Shown: positions 16,920 through 24,144, counted from the first letter of the stretch. The stretch is DNA of 24,144 bases from Elusimicrobiota bacterium (GCA_043813605.1 JBDRKX010000124.1:1-24144), one strand, 5' to 3'. Notes: generated from the sequence alone by a model not told the origin. Program-made: numbers and translations.

Positions 16920-19054
16920 TTAAGGTACTTTTTGTACTGGATTGTCTTGAAGCGGGCGGCGCTCAGCGGGCATTTATTAACCTTCTTGACAACCTGGACA
17001 GAATGAGGTTCAGTGTAAGTCTTGTTCTGGTAAATAAGAGCGGGATTCTATGTTCCCGAATACCCGATAATATCAGTGTCCATAATCTTAACTCAAGAGC
17101 CGCCCGATTTGCACTTTTCCCGCTTATCAAGTCCATAAAATCAATAAGACCCGACATTCTGGTTTCTACACCGACTTATATCAGTGAACTTGTATTTCTG
17201 GCAAAGAAGATATCAGGAATAAAAATACCTGTTATTATGAGGTGCGCTAATCTGGAATCCGTAAATCTTAAAAAGGAATCCTTTTTTACGCGTTTATTGA
17301 TAAAAAGGGCTTATGCTTCTGCCGATAAAGTTATCGCGCTTACAGAAACGATGAGAAATGACCTGGTTTTTAATTTCTCTGTTAAACATCCAAAGATCGA
17401 AGTTCTGCCTAATATGGTGGATATTGAGAGTATTGAAAAAGAAAAGAAAGAACGGGTTACTGATGAGTTTTTTATTAAAAAAAGCGAGATACCTGTTATT
17501 ATTACGGTAGGGAGTCTTACACAACAGAAAGGAACAGAAACTCTTATCAGGGCATTTGCTGAATATAGAAAAAAGAAACAGGCAAAACTCGTTATAGTGG
17601 GAGACGGGATACTGCGGGAAGAACTGGAATCACTTGTAAGTGAAATGGGTGTAGGCGACGATGTATGGTTTGCGGGTATCAGGGAAAATCCATATAAATA
17701 TATAGCGTTGAGCGATGTATTCGTCCTCCCGTCATTATGGGAAGGTTTTCCCAATGTGCTTATAGAAGCTATGGCATGCAGGGTACCCGTTATCACATCC
17801 GATTGCATACCGGCCGAGTCCAGGATCGTAACAGGCGGTCTTAATGGTGTGATTGTTCCGGCCGGTAATGCAGAAGAACTCAGAGATACACTCGAAAGGG
17901 TGTTAGGTGATTTCAGGTACAGGACAAGTCTGGCAGAAGAAGGTTTCAAAAGGGCGCAGGATTTCAGTAACAAAAAAATTGTCCGGCAATATGAAGATCT
18001 CTTCAGCAGTATAGCGCCGGACCGGAAAAGGCGTATTTTTCATCTTATAACAAGTATCGATTATGGCGGGACAGAGAGGTTTCTGGAAGATACTGTCATG
18101 GCAACCGGCGCCGAATATGAACATAAGGCAGCATATCTTAAGAAATTCGGTAAAACCGGCATTAAACTCAGAGATCTGGGCGTAGAAATCACTAAGGCAC
18201 ATTCGATATCAGGTGTCATAAACCAGGTAAAGAAATACCGCCCTGATCTGATACATACACATCTGTACCGGGCAAATATCATCGGCAGGATCGCAGGATA
18301 TTTATTAAATATACCGGTTATCTCGTCCCAGAGGAGTATCGATCTGTGGATGAAGTGGTTTCATCTGAAGATGGATTCAGCAACTATAGGTTTATGCAGG
18401 GCAATAATCACCAATGCTGAGACTACGGGTGCGTTCCTGAAGGAAAGAGAAAAGATTCCTCCGGGCATCATACATGTAGTCAGAACAGGATTGTCTGAAG
18501 AATGGTTTGAGGAGCCTGTACTTGGGAAAAGCGGCAGGAAGGTCGGGATAGCGGGAAGGCTTCATTTCAATAAGGGGGCGGATATGATCGTACCGCTGGC
18601 GGAAAGGCTCGGTTCACTTGACCCTGCTATAGAGATAAAAATAGCGGGTACAGGTCCTTTTTCCGCATCATTGGCAGGCAGGCTTCCCGGTAACTGCGAG
18701 TTGTCGGGGTATGTCGCTCAAGAAGAAATAAGAGGATTCTATGATTCCATTGACTTACTCATATTGTTGTCAAGGGAAGAAAGTTTTCCGCGTGTTGTCC
18801 TCGAAGCTGCGGCAAGAGGGGTTCCTTCGGTGGCCCCTGATGTCGGAGGTATAAAGGAATTTATAGAACACGGTGAAACCGGCTTTATATATAAGCCCGG
18901 GGATATTGAAGAAGCGTCTGGATATGTTACGGAATATTTTAAGAGCGACAGGAAAAATATTACCGGGAATGTCATCAAATCGGTAAAAACACATACTATC
19001 AGCAGGATGGCAGAAGATATTTCAGAGGTATATAAGGCTGTGATATTCGTTTGA
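16916..19054 (+). CDS. Tandem double GT4 glycosyltransferase (two complete GT-B units)
   Basis: Unit 1: VLFVLDCLEAGGAQR...NPYKY...SLWEGFPNVLIEAMA. Unit 2 from about aa 372: IFHLITSIDYGGTER...IHTHLYRA...SREESFPRVVLEAAARG...DVGGIKE. TTG start in a TTGA overlap. Confidence 0.9.
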   Translation: MIKVLFVLDCLEAGGAQRAFINLLDNLDRMRFSVSLVLVNKSGILCSRIPDNISVHNLNSRAARFALFPLIKSIKSIRPDILVSTPTYISELVFLAKKISGIKIPVIMRCANLESVNLKKESFFTRLLIKRAYASADKVIALTETMRNDLVFNFSVKHPKIEVLPNMVDIESIEKEKKERVTDEFFIKKSEIPVIITVGSLTQQKGTETLIRAFAEYRKKKQAKLVIVGDGILREELESLVSEMGVGDDVWFAGIRENPYKYIALSDVFVLPSLWEGFPNVLIEAMACRVPVITSDCIPAESRIVTGGLNGVIVPAGNAEELRDTLERVLGDFRYRTSLAEEGFKRAQDFSNKKIVRQYEDLFSSIAPDRKRRIFHLITSIDYGGTERFLEDTVMATGAEYEHKAAYLKKFGKTGIKLRDLGVEITKAHSISGVINQVKKYRPDLIHTHLYRANIIGRIAGYLLNIPVISSQRSIDLWMKWFHLKMDSATIGLCRAIITNAETTGAFLKEREKIPPGIIHVVRTGLSEEWFEEPVLGKSGRKVGIAGRLHFNKGADMIVPLAERLGSLDPAIEIKIAGTGPFSASLAGRLPGNCELSGYVAQEEIRGFYDSIDLLILLSREESFPRVVLEAAARGVPSVAPDVGGIKEFIEHGETGFIYKPGDIEEASGYVTEYFKSDRKNITGNVIKSVKTHTISRMAEDISEVYKAVIFV

Positions 19055-19079
19055 TTTACTATGTCCAAATATGTAAAAT
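19051..19079 (+). promoter_or_regulatory. Candidate sigma70 promoter for the TPR-wecA-mutase-GT4 block
   Basis: TTGATT (19051-19056), exactly 17 nt, TAAAAT (19074-19079); ATG at 19100. Confidence 0.4.
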
Positions 19080-19099
19080 GAAAAGTCGTAAGATAAACC

Positions 19100-20110
19100 A
19101 TGATTATTAAACCATATTATATTATATCACTGTCATTTTTAGTGATCTTCATCGAAATACTGACCTACAGGTTTTTTCTTAATAAAAAGGTCCTGAATAG
19201 GAAGATTTTAGAAGTGAGGAAAAAGATCCTTGAAAAAAAAGGGCCTATTTCCATGGAAGAAGCCGGCCTTTACGAGCAGGTCATGGAAAAAGAAAAGAAC
19301 AGAAGACCTATTTGCGCCTGGGGCAATTATCTGCTGCTGCAGTACTACAAGAGCAATTACGGAGAGAGTGAAGCCCTGCTTTCCAAGAGTATCGAGTTCG
19401 GAGAGGGCATAAAAAGAGAGTTCAAGGAATACTCATTTTACGAGGATGCTCTTTTTATGCTGGGGAACATCTATTTTTTCGAAGTGTTTGATTTCAAGAT
19501 GGCCCGTAGTATCTATCAAGATCTGATTAATGAGAGAAAAAACACCCGCTGGAAGAGTATCTGCAATGACAGGATAGAGCTTATTGCAAACAGTGTTTTT
19601 GAAGGAGAAGCTTTGAAACTGTATGTATTTGCTGAAAAATATTTTGAAGAATCCAAATTTGATGATGCGAAATTCTATCTGAACGAGGTTGTAAAGAGAT
19701 TCCCCGATGGTGAAATAGCGGCAGCCGCATCCTATTTTCTCGGGGATATAAACTATTACAAATATAACGACCTGGATAAAGCGCTCCTGCATTATCGTAT
19801 GACTGAAGAAAAATTTCCAAAGCATCAGCTTGCACATACATCTCTTTATAAAGTAGGTGAGATTCTCAGGAGGCTGAAACAATGGGAAGAAGCCATAAAG
19901 ATATACCGTGATTATGTTAAAAAATTTAAATCATCACCGTATAAGGATGATGCCTATTACTATATAGGCGAATGCTATCATAACATGGGTAAACTCAGAG
20001 AAGCAAAGAATGCGTTCAACCTGATCCTGGGAGATTATCCGAACAGTAAATGGACTGATGTGATATATCACAAAGTACAGGATATAAATAAGATCATGAG
20101 GGAAATCTAA
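19100..20110 (+). CDS. Membrane-anchored tetratricopeptide-repeat protein
   Basis: One hydrophobic segment at about aa 6-27, then TPR-like units: YEDALFMLGNIYF, RFPDGEIAAAASYFLGDINY, KFPKHQLAHTSLYKVGEIL, KFKSSPYKDDAYYYIGECY, DYPNSKW. Confidence 0.85.
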   Translation: MIIKPYYIISLSFLVIFIEILTYRFFLNKKVLNRKILEVRKKILEKKGPISMEEAGLYEQVMEKEKNRRPICAWGNYLLLQYYKSNYGESEALLSKSIEFGEGIKREFKEYSFYEDALFMLGNIYFFEVFDFKMARSIYQDLINERKNTRWKSICNDRIELIANSVFEGEALKLYVFAEKYFEESKFDDAKFYLNEVVKRFPDGEIAAAASYFLGDINYYKYNDLDKALLHYRMTEEKFPKHQLAHTSLYKVGEILRRLKQWEEAIKIYRDYVKKFKSSPYKDDAYYYIGECYHNMGKLREAKNAFNLILGDYPNSKWTDVIYHKVQDINKIMREI

Positions 20111-20111
20111 A

Positions 20112-21122
20112 TTGATTATTTTTGTATTTTTCTTATTATCTCTGGCTCTTTCTTTAGTTTCGGTATATTTTTTTAAAATATTTGCGGAGAAAGTCGGTTT
20201 TTATGATATCCCGAAAAATGAATTGAAAGACCATAAAGCGCCGGTGCCGTATGCCGGGACGGCCATATTTATAGCATTTATGGTGACGATGGCCGCTCTA
20301 AGGTTTTTCACGCATTTTGAAACAGGGACACTTTACCGTATCAGAGGGATCATTTACGGCGGTTCGATAATATACCTGCTGGGTCTGTTTGATGATATAT
20401 TCGATCTTGATTTCAGGGTTAAATTTTTCTGGCAGACAGTAGCTGCTGTGATCCTGATCCATTTCGGAATATATATCAAATTGTTTGCGAATATGCCGCT
20501 GAATATAGCTGTAAGCGTTTTCTGGGTAATATTAGTGTCGAATGCTGTGAACATAATCGATATCCTGGACGGTCTTGCCGGCGGAGTAGCCGCCATCGCT
20601 GCAATAGGTTTTTTTGCAGTTACCCTTCCGACAAAGATGTTTTATGTTAATTTTACGGCAATAATACTTTTTGGCGTTCTGCTTGGATTCTGGTTTTTCA
20701 ATAAACCCCCGGCAAAGGCGTTTATGGGAGATGCAGGCAGTCTTTTTGTCGGCTTCGTATTGGCTTCACTGTCTATGGGAGCAGATTACAGCAGTGTCAA
20801 TATAATAGGGCTGTTTTCACCTATTTTGATACTCGGGTTACCGTTGTTTGATACTATTCTGGTCAGTTGCTTTAGATTTAAGAACAAACAATCGGTTTTT
20901 AAGGGGTCAAGGGACCATTATGCTCTAAGGCTGACAGTAGCAGGATTTTCCCCGTGGCAGATAGATATGATATCGTACGGTATTTCCTTTATGCTGTGCC
21001 TTGGGGCATTCGGTATGACCGTACTTTCCAGATCGTATGCTTTTCTCATACTGGTTTTCGTGTTCCTGCTGGGCATGGTCGGAAGCAGTATGCTCGGAAA
21101 TATCGACATCAGCGAAAAATGA
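20112..21122 (+). CDS. wecA: Polyprenyl-phosphate N-acetylhexosamine-1-phosphate transferase (WecA/TagO, MraY superfamily)
   Basis: DIP...HKAPVPYAG, GLFDDIFDL (DD motif), NAVNIIDILDGLAGG, FNKPPAKAFMGDAGS, LPLFDT; about 10-11 TM segments. TTG start 1 nt after the upstream stop. Confidence 0.88.
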   Translation: MIIFVFFLLSLALSLVSVYFFKIFAEKVGFYDIPKNELKDHKAPVPYAGTAIFIAFMVTMAALRFFTHFETGTLYRIRGIIYGGSIIYLLGLFDDIFDLDFRVKFFWQTVAAVILIHFGIYIKLFANMPLNIAVSVFWVILVSNAVNIIDILDGLAGGVAAIAAIGFFAVTLPTKMFYVNFTAIILFGVLLGFWFFNKPPAKAFMGDAGSLFVGFVLASLSMGADYSSVNIIGLFSPILILGLPLFDTILVSCFRFKNKQSVFKGSRDHYALRLTVAGFSPWQIDMISYGISFMLCLGAFGMTVLSRSYAFLILVFVFLLGMVGSSMLGNIDISEK

Positions 21123-22471
21123 AAATTGTTATAATAGGTGCCGGCCTTACAGGATTAAGCGCTGCAGAAAATCTTCTTAAAAGCAAAGCCGATGTCAGAA
21201 TATTTGAAAAATCTTTCGCGGCGGGAGGTCTGGCTCATACAGTAGAAGTAAACGGGATCCGTCATGATTATACAGGGCATTTTTTGCATTTACATGATGA
21301 TGCCATCAGAAAAAAAATACTTAAAGACATACTCGCCCTCAGCAAAAAGGAAGAAAACAGTATCCTTGTGCATAGAAAATCCTTTATCTACCTGAAGGAA
21401 AAATTTATTCCTTTTCCTTTTCAGGCACATATGTACTACCTGCCGGATAATTTAAAAAAAGAGTGTTTAAGAGAGTTTCTGAAAACTCTAAATACCGTCA
21501 AGAAAGACAAAAAAAAGGATTTTCTTGATTGGATGACGAATGAATACGGCAGCGGTATTACCAGGTATTTTATGAAACCGTATAACGCTAAAGTGTGGCA
21601 GATGAATTCAAAAGAATTAAAAGAGATCACAACCAATGTGATAAGAAGATTCTTTCCTCATCCTTCTCCGGAAGAGATAATTGACGGTGCAGTTACAGAC
21701 AGGATCATTTCTACCGGTTATAATGCGGATTTTTACTACCCAAGGACAGGGATACATGAGTTGGTGGGTAAATATACTGAAAAAGTTGGTAATATCGAAT
21801 TAGAAAGCAAAGTAGAAAAAGTCTATTGGAAAAAGAAAAAGATCATTGCATCCGGAAAGGAATATGACTATGATTTTCTCATTAATACATCTCCGCTGAA
21901 AGAGTTTGTTTTAAATATACTTGAACCTAAAAATGAATCTCTTAAAAAACAGGCAGCTAAGCTCAGGTACAGTTCTGTGCTGAACATCACTGTGGGATGG
22001 CAGGGGGGAGCGGGGCCCGCTCTGAGAAAAAAAATGACTAAGGGCGCTCACTGGATTTACTTCCCGGAAGAAAAGTACGATTTTTACAGGGTAGGTTTCT
22101 ATCCAGCAATATCAAAGAAAATGGCACCTAGAGGCTGTTATTCGTGTTATGTCGAGATCGCTTACAGAGAAGGCGGCCTCCCGAAACAAAAAGATTATAA
22201 AAAGATTCAGCAAAAAGTTGTAAAAAAACTGAAGAGAATTGAGGTAATCCCGGAGCAGGCGAAGATCATTCAGGTACCTATCCAGCCTATTAAGCCTGCG
22301 TATGTTCTGTATGATAATAACTGGGAATCCTCCCGGAAAAAGATATTCGGTTTTCTTGAGAATAATGATATTTATTCAGGTGGCCGGTATGGCGCGTGGG
22401 AATACTCATCAATGGATCAGGCGATAAAATGGGGAGCAAAACTGGCAAAAAAATGCTTGTCAAAAAAATAG
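21119..22471 (+). CDS. FAD-dependent oxidoreductase, probable UDP-sugar pyranose-furanose mutase (UGM-like; this family is often annotated as protoporphyrinogen oxidase-like)
   Basis: Start at ATG 21119 (ATGA overlap with wecA), not the ORF-track 20954. MKIVIIGAGLTGLSAA (GxGxxG), FEK...GGLAHT, DYTGHFLH, PFPFQ, FMKPYNAKVW, FYYP, WIYFPE..YDFYR, GRYGAWEYSSMDQA. Confidence 0.78.
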   Translation: MKIVIIGAGLTGLSAAENLLKSKADVRIFEKSFAAGGLAHTVEVNGIRHDYTGHFLHLHDDAIRKKILKDILALSKKEENSILVHRKSFIYLKEKFIPFPFQAHMYYLPDNLKKECLREFLKTLNTVKKDKKKDFLDWMTNEYGSGITRYFMKPYNAKVWQMNSKELKEITTNVIRRFFPHPSPEEIIDGAVTDRIISTGYNADFYYPRTGIHELVGKYTEKVGNIELESKVEKVYWKKKKIIASGKEYDYDFLINTSPLKEFVLNILEPKNESLKKQAAKLRYSSVLNITVGWQGGAGPALRKKMTKGAHWIYFPEEKYDFYRVGFYPAISKKMAPRGCYSCYVEIAYREGGLPKQKDYKKIQQKVVKKLKRIEVIPEQAKIIQVPIQPIKPAYVLYDNNWESSRKKIFGFLENNDIYSGGRYGAWEYSSMDQAIKWGAKLAKKCLSKK

Positions 22472-23649
22472 TACATACCATTACTAAACTGGAATTCGGC
22501 GGCGCCCAGCAGAATACTCTTTATACGCTGAATCATTTGCCCGAAGAATATGATGGATACCTTGTCTGCGGCACTGGCGGGTATCTTGACAGCCAGGCTG
22601 AAAATCCGGAGAGATTTAAGATCAAATTCTGTTCATTTTTGAGAAGAGAGATATCTCCTTTGAGTGATTGGAAAGCGTATAAATGGATGGTTGATTATTT
22701 TAAAAAAATTCAGCCTGATATATTGCATTCACATTCGTCCAAAGCGGGTATAATCTCAAGATGGGCTGCGAAAAGAGCCGGAGTTCCCGTTATTATCCAT
22801 ACTTTTCACGGTTTTGGTTTTACTCCGCTTCAGCCGTGGTTCGTGAGAAAATTCTTTATCTGGCTTGAAAAAAAGACCGCTAAAATATCGACAAAACTGA
22901 TTTTTGTATCACACGCCAACAGAAAAACAGCCGAAGAATTGGGAATCGGCGTCAAGGAACAGTATGAGGTTGTCAGGAGCGGTATTGAAATACAGCAGTT
23001 CGGGCCAAAAGAAAGTCATGAATATTTAAAAAGGCGTTGTGAGAAAATAGGTTTAAAAGATGGACATAAAATCGTGGGTAATGTTTCCTGTTTCAAACCG
23101 CAGAAATCCTTGCATGATTATATTGAAGCCTGCCGCCGTTTAAAAGAGAAGGGGGCTGATGATTACAGGTTTGTCCTTATTGGAGAAGGTGAACTACGTA
23201 ATCAACTTGAGAAACAGTCCGAAGAAGCGGGATTAACCGGTTTATTTGATATGCAGCCGGGCTGGAGCGAGGATATCCAGCAGATCATACCCGAATTTGA
23301 CGTTATGCTGCATACAGCGCGTTTTGAAGGATTGCCCAGGGTACTGCTGGAGGCAATGGCTTCCGGGATACCTGTTGTAGCTACAGATGTAGACGGTGCG
23401 CGCGATGTCATTGAACACGGGGTCAACGGATACCTGGTAGACCCCGGCGATATTGATGCCATGGTAAAATATACCCACGAACTCCTGCAGGATGATGATA
23501 AGAGGAAGAAAATGGGTGAAGCGGGCAGGAAGAAACTTTATCCTGAAAATACGGAACCCGCTTTTACTAAATCCGAATTCGATATAGGAGAGATGTCAAA
23601 AACGCTTAATAATTTGTATAATAGACTTTTATCTGGAACAAAAGAATAA
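22453..23649 (+). CDS. GT4 glycosyltransferase (CapM/RfaB-like)
   Basis: IVHTITKLEFGGAQQNT, LHSHSSKAG, IHTFHGFGF, FKPQK, ARFEGLPRVLLEAMASG, TDVDG. Most likely start is ATG 22453; the ORF track extends it to 22396. Confidence 0.9.
   Translation: MLVKKIVHTITKLEFGGAQQNTLYTLNHLPEEYDGYLVCGTGGYLDSQAENPERFKIKFCSFLRREISPLSDWKAYKWMVDYFKKIQPDILHSHSSKAGIISRWAAKRAGVPVIIHTFHGFGFTPLQPWFVRKFFIWLEKKTAKISTKLIFVSHANRKTAEELGIGVKEQYEVVRSGIEIQQFGPKESHEYLKRRCEKIGLKDGHKIVGNVSCFKPQKSLHDYIEACRRLKEKGADDYRFVLIGEGELRNQLEKQSEEAGLTGLFDMQPGWSEDIQQIIPEFDVMLHTARFEGLPRVLLEAMASGIPVVATDVDGARDVIEHGVNGYLVDPGDIDAMVKYTHELLQDDDKRKKMGEAGRKKLYPENTEPAFTKSEFDIGEMSKTLNNLYNRLLSGTKE
23593..23622 (+). promoter_or_regulatory. Candidate sigma70 promoter for the downstream synthase gene, inside the 3' end of the GT4 gene
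   Basis: ATGTCA (23593-23598), 18 nt, TATAAT (23617-23622). Confidence 0.25.
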
Positions 23650-23686
23650 TATCTATAACGAGAAAAATAAAGTGTATTACAGAAAT

Positions 23687-23692
23687 AGGAGG
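23687..23692 (+). promoter_or_regulatory. Shine-Dalgarno site AGGAGG
   Basis: Perfect AGGAGG 8 nt upstream of ATG 23701. Confidence 0.85.
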
Positions 23693-23700
23693 AAAATGAC

Positions 23701-24144
23701 ATGGAAGATAAAGATATAAACCTGTTCAGAGAGATATTCCCGTATACGGAAGTGCCTTATGTGACTTTTGATGATAAATTTGTTGAAATGAATATCCCTG
23801 AGGATTTCTGGATAACATGTACTACTTTTCGGGACGGTCAGCAGGCTCGCGCGCCATATACAGCAAATCAGATAGTAGATCTGTACACGTTGCTCCATAA
23901 ACTGGGCGGTCCTAATGGAGTTATAAAGTACAGTGAATTTTTTCTGTACAGCAATAAGGACAGGGATGCTGTCAGACGCTGCCAGGAAAAAGGCTATAAA
24001 TTTCCGATTATTACAGGCTGGATAAGAGCTGTTATAAATGATTTTAAGCTTGTTAAAGAAATGGAGTTAAAAGAAACTGGCATATTGACATCATGCTCGG
24101 ATTATCATATTTTCCTGAAGCTTAACATAACCCGTCAGCAGGCT
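23701..24144 (+). CDS. Re-citrate synthase-like DRE-TIM metallolyase (isopropylmalate/homocitrate synthase superfamily), truncated by the window end
   Basis: Not in the ORF track because it has no stop in the window. Manual translation: MEDKDINLFREIFPYTEVP...WITCTTFRDGQQARAPYTANQIVDLYTLLHKLGGPNGVIKYSEFFLYS...ITGWIRA...MELKETGILTSCSDYHIFLKL. TTFRDGQQ, LGGPNGVI, SEFFLY and SCSDYHIF match my recollection of the Re-citrate synthase subfamily. Confidence 0.85.
   Translation, partial: MEDKDINLFREIFPYTEVPYVTFDDKFVEMNIPEDFWITCTTFRDGQQARAPYTANQIVDLYTLLHKLGGPNGVIKYSEFFLYSNKDRDAVRRCQEKGYKFPIITGWIRAVINDFKLVKEMELKETGILTSCSDYHIFLKLNITRQQA

Noticed and set aside
17311..17973. 220-aa minus-strand ORF, and the other minus-strand ORFs such as 2378..2848, 1913..2338 and 19433..19882
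   Set aside because: They lie opposite well-supported + strand genes, have shadow-like Ser/Ile/Phe-rich composition and show no recognisable motifs.
20954..21118. N-terminal extension of the flavoprotein in the ORF track (likewise 5411..5497 and 22396..22452)
   Set aside because: These overlap the upstream genes deeply, and the family-typical N-termini begin at the downstream ATGs (21119, 5498, 22453).
1812..21516. A8/T8 homopolymers (e.g. 1812-1819, 13653-13660, 16393-16400, 19233-19240) as phase-variation tracts
   Set aside because: Short A/T runs are expected from Lys/Phe codons in AT-rich DNA; all frames are intact and I saw no long G/C tract.
1..24144. Alternative genetic code, CRISPR array, tRNA/rRNA or mobile element
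   Set aside because: TGA, TAA and TAG all end full-length proteins at natural boundaries; there is no spaced repeat array; gaps are about 100 nt or less with no RNA-gene structure; no transposase or integrase motifs.

Overview
An AT-rich bacterial window (standard genetic code) almost entirely filled by one + strand, tightly coupled cell-surface glycan biosynthesis and modification locus. Gene order: AsnB-type amidotransferase (5' end outside the window), GT4, B12-binding radical SAM enzyme, GT-C (ArnT/PMT-like), class I methyltransferase, PglK/MsbA-type ABC half-transporter, second AsnB-type amidotransferase, methyltransferase-GT2 (DPM1-like) fusion, two more methyltransferases, two more GT-C proteins, an LPG-synthase-TM (flippase-like) protein, a tandem GT4-GT4 fusion, a membrane-anchored TPR protein, a WecA/TagO-type initiating transferase, a flavoprotein resembling eukaryote-type UDP-galactopyranose mutase, and another GT4. 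The window ends in the first 148 codons of a probable Re-citrate synthase (DRE-TIM family), which the ORF track missed. I saw no RNA genes, CRISPR arrays or mobile elements. The most notable feature is the combination: a two-sided assembly line (cytoplasmic GT4s, a flippase, and extracytoplasmic GT-Cs fed by a lipid-phosphate-sugar synthase) with five methylating domains and two amide ligases, and no recognisable Wzx/Wzy/WaaL/PglB in the window. All family calls come from motif recognition by eye; no database search was run.
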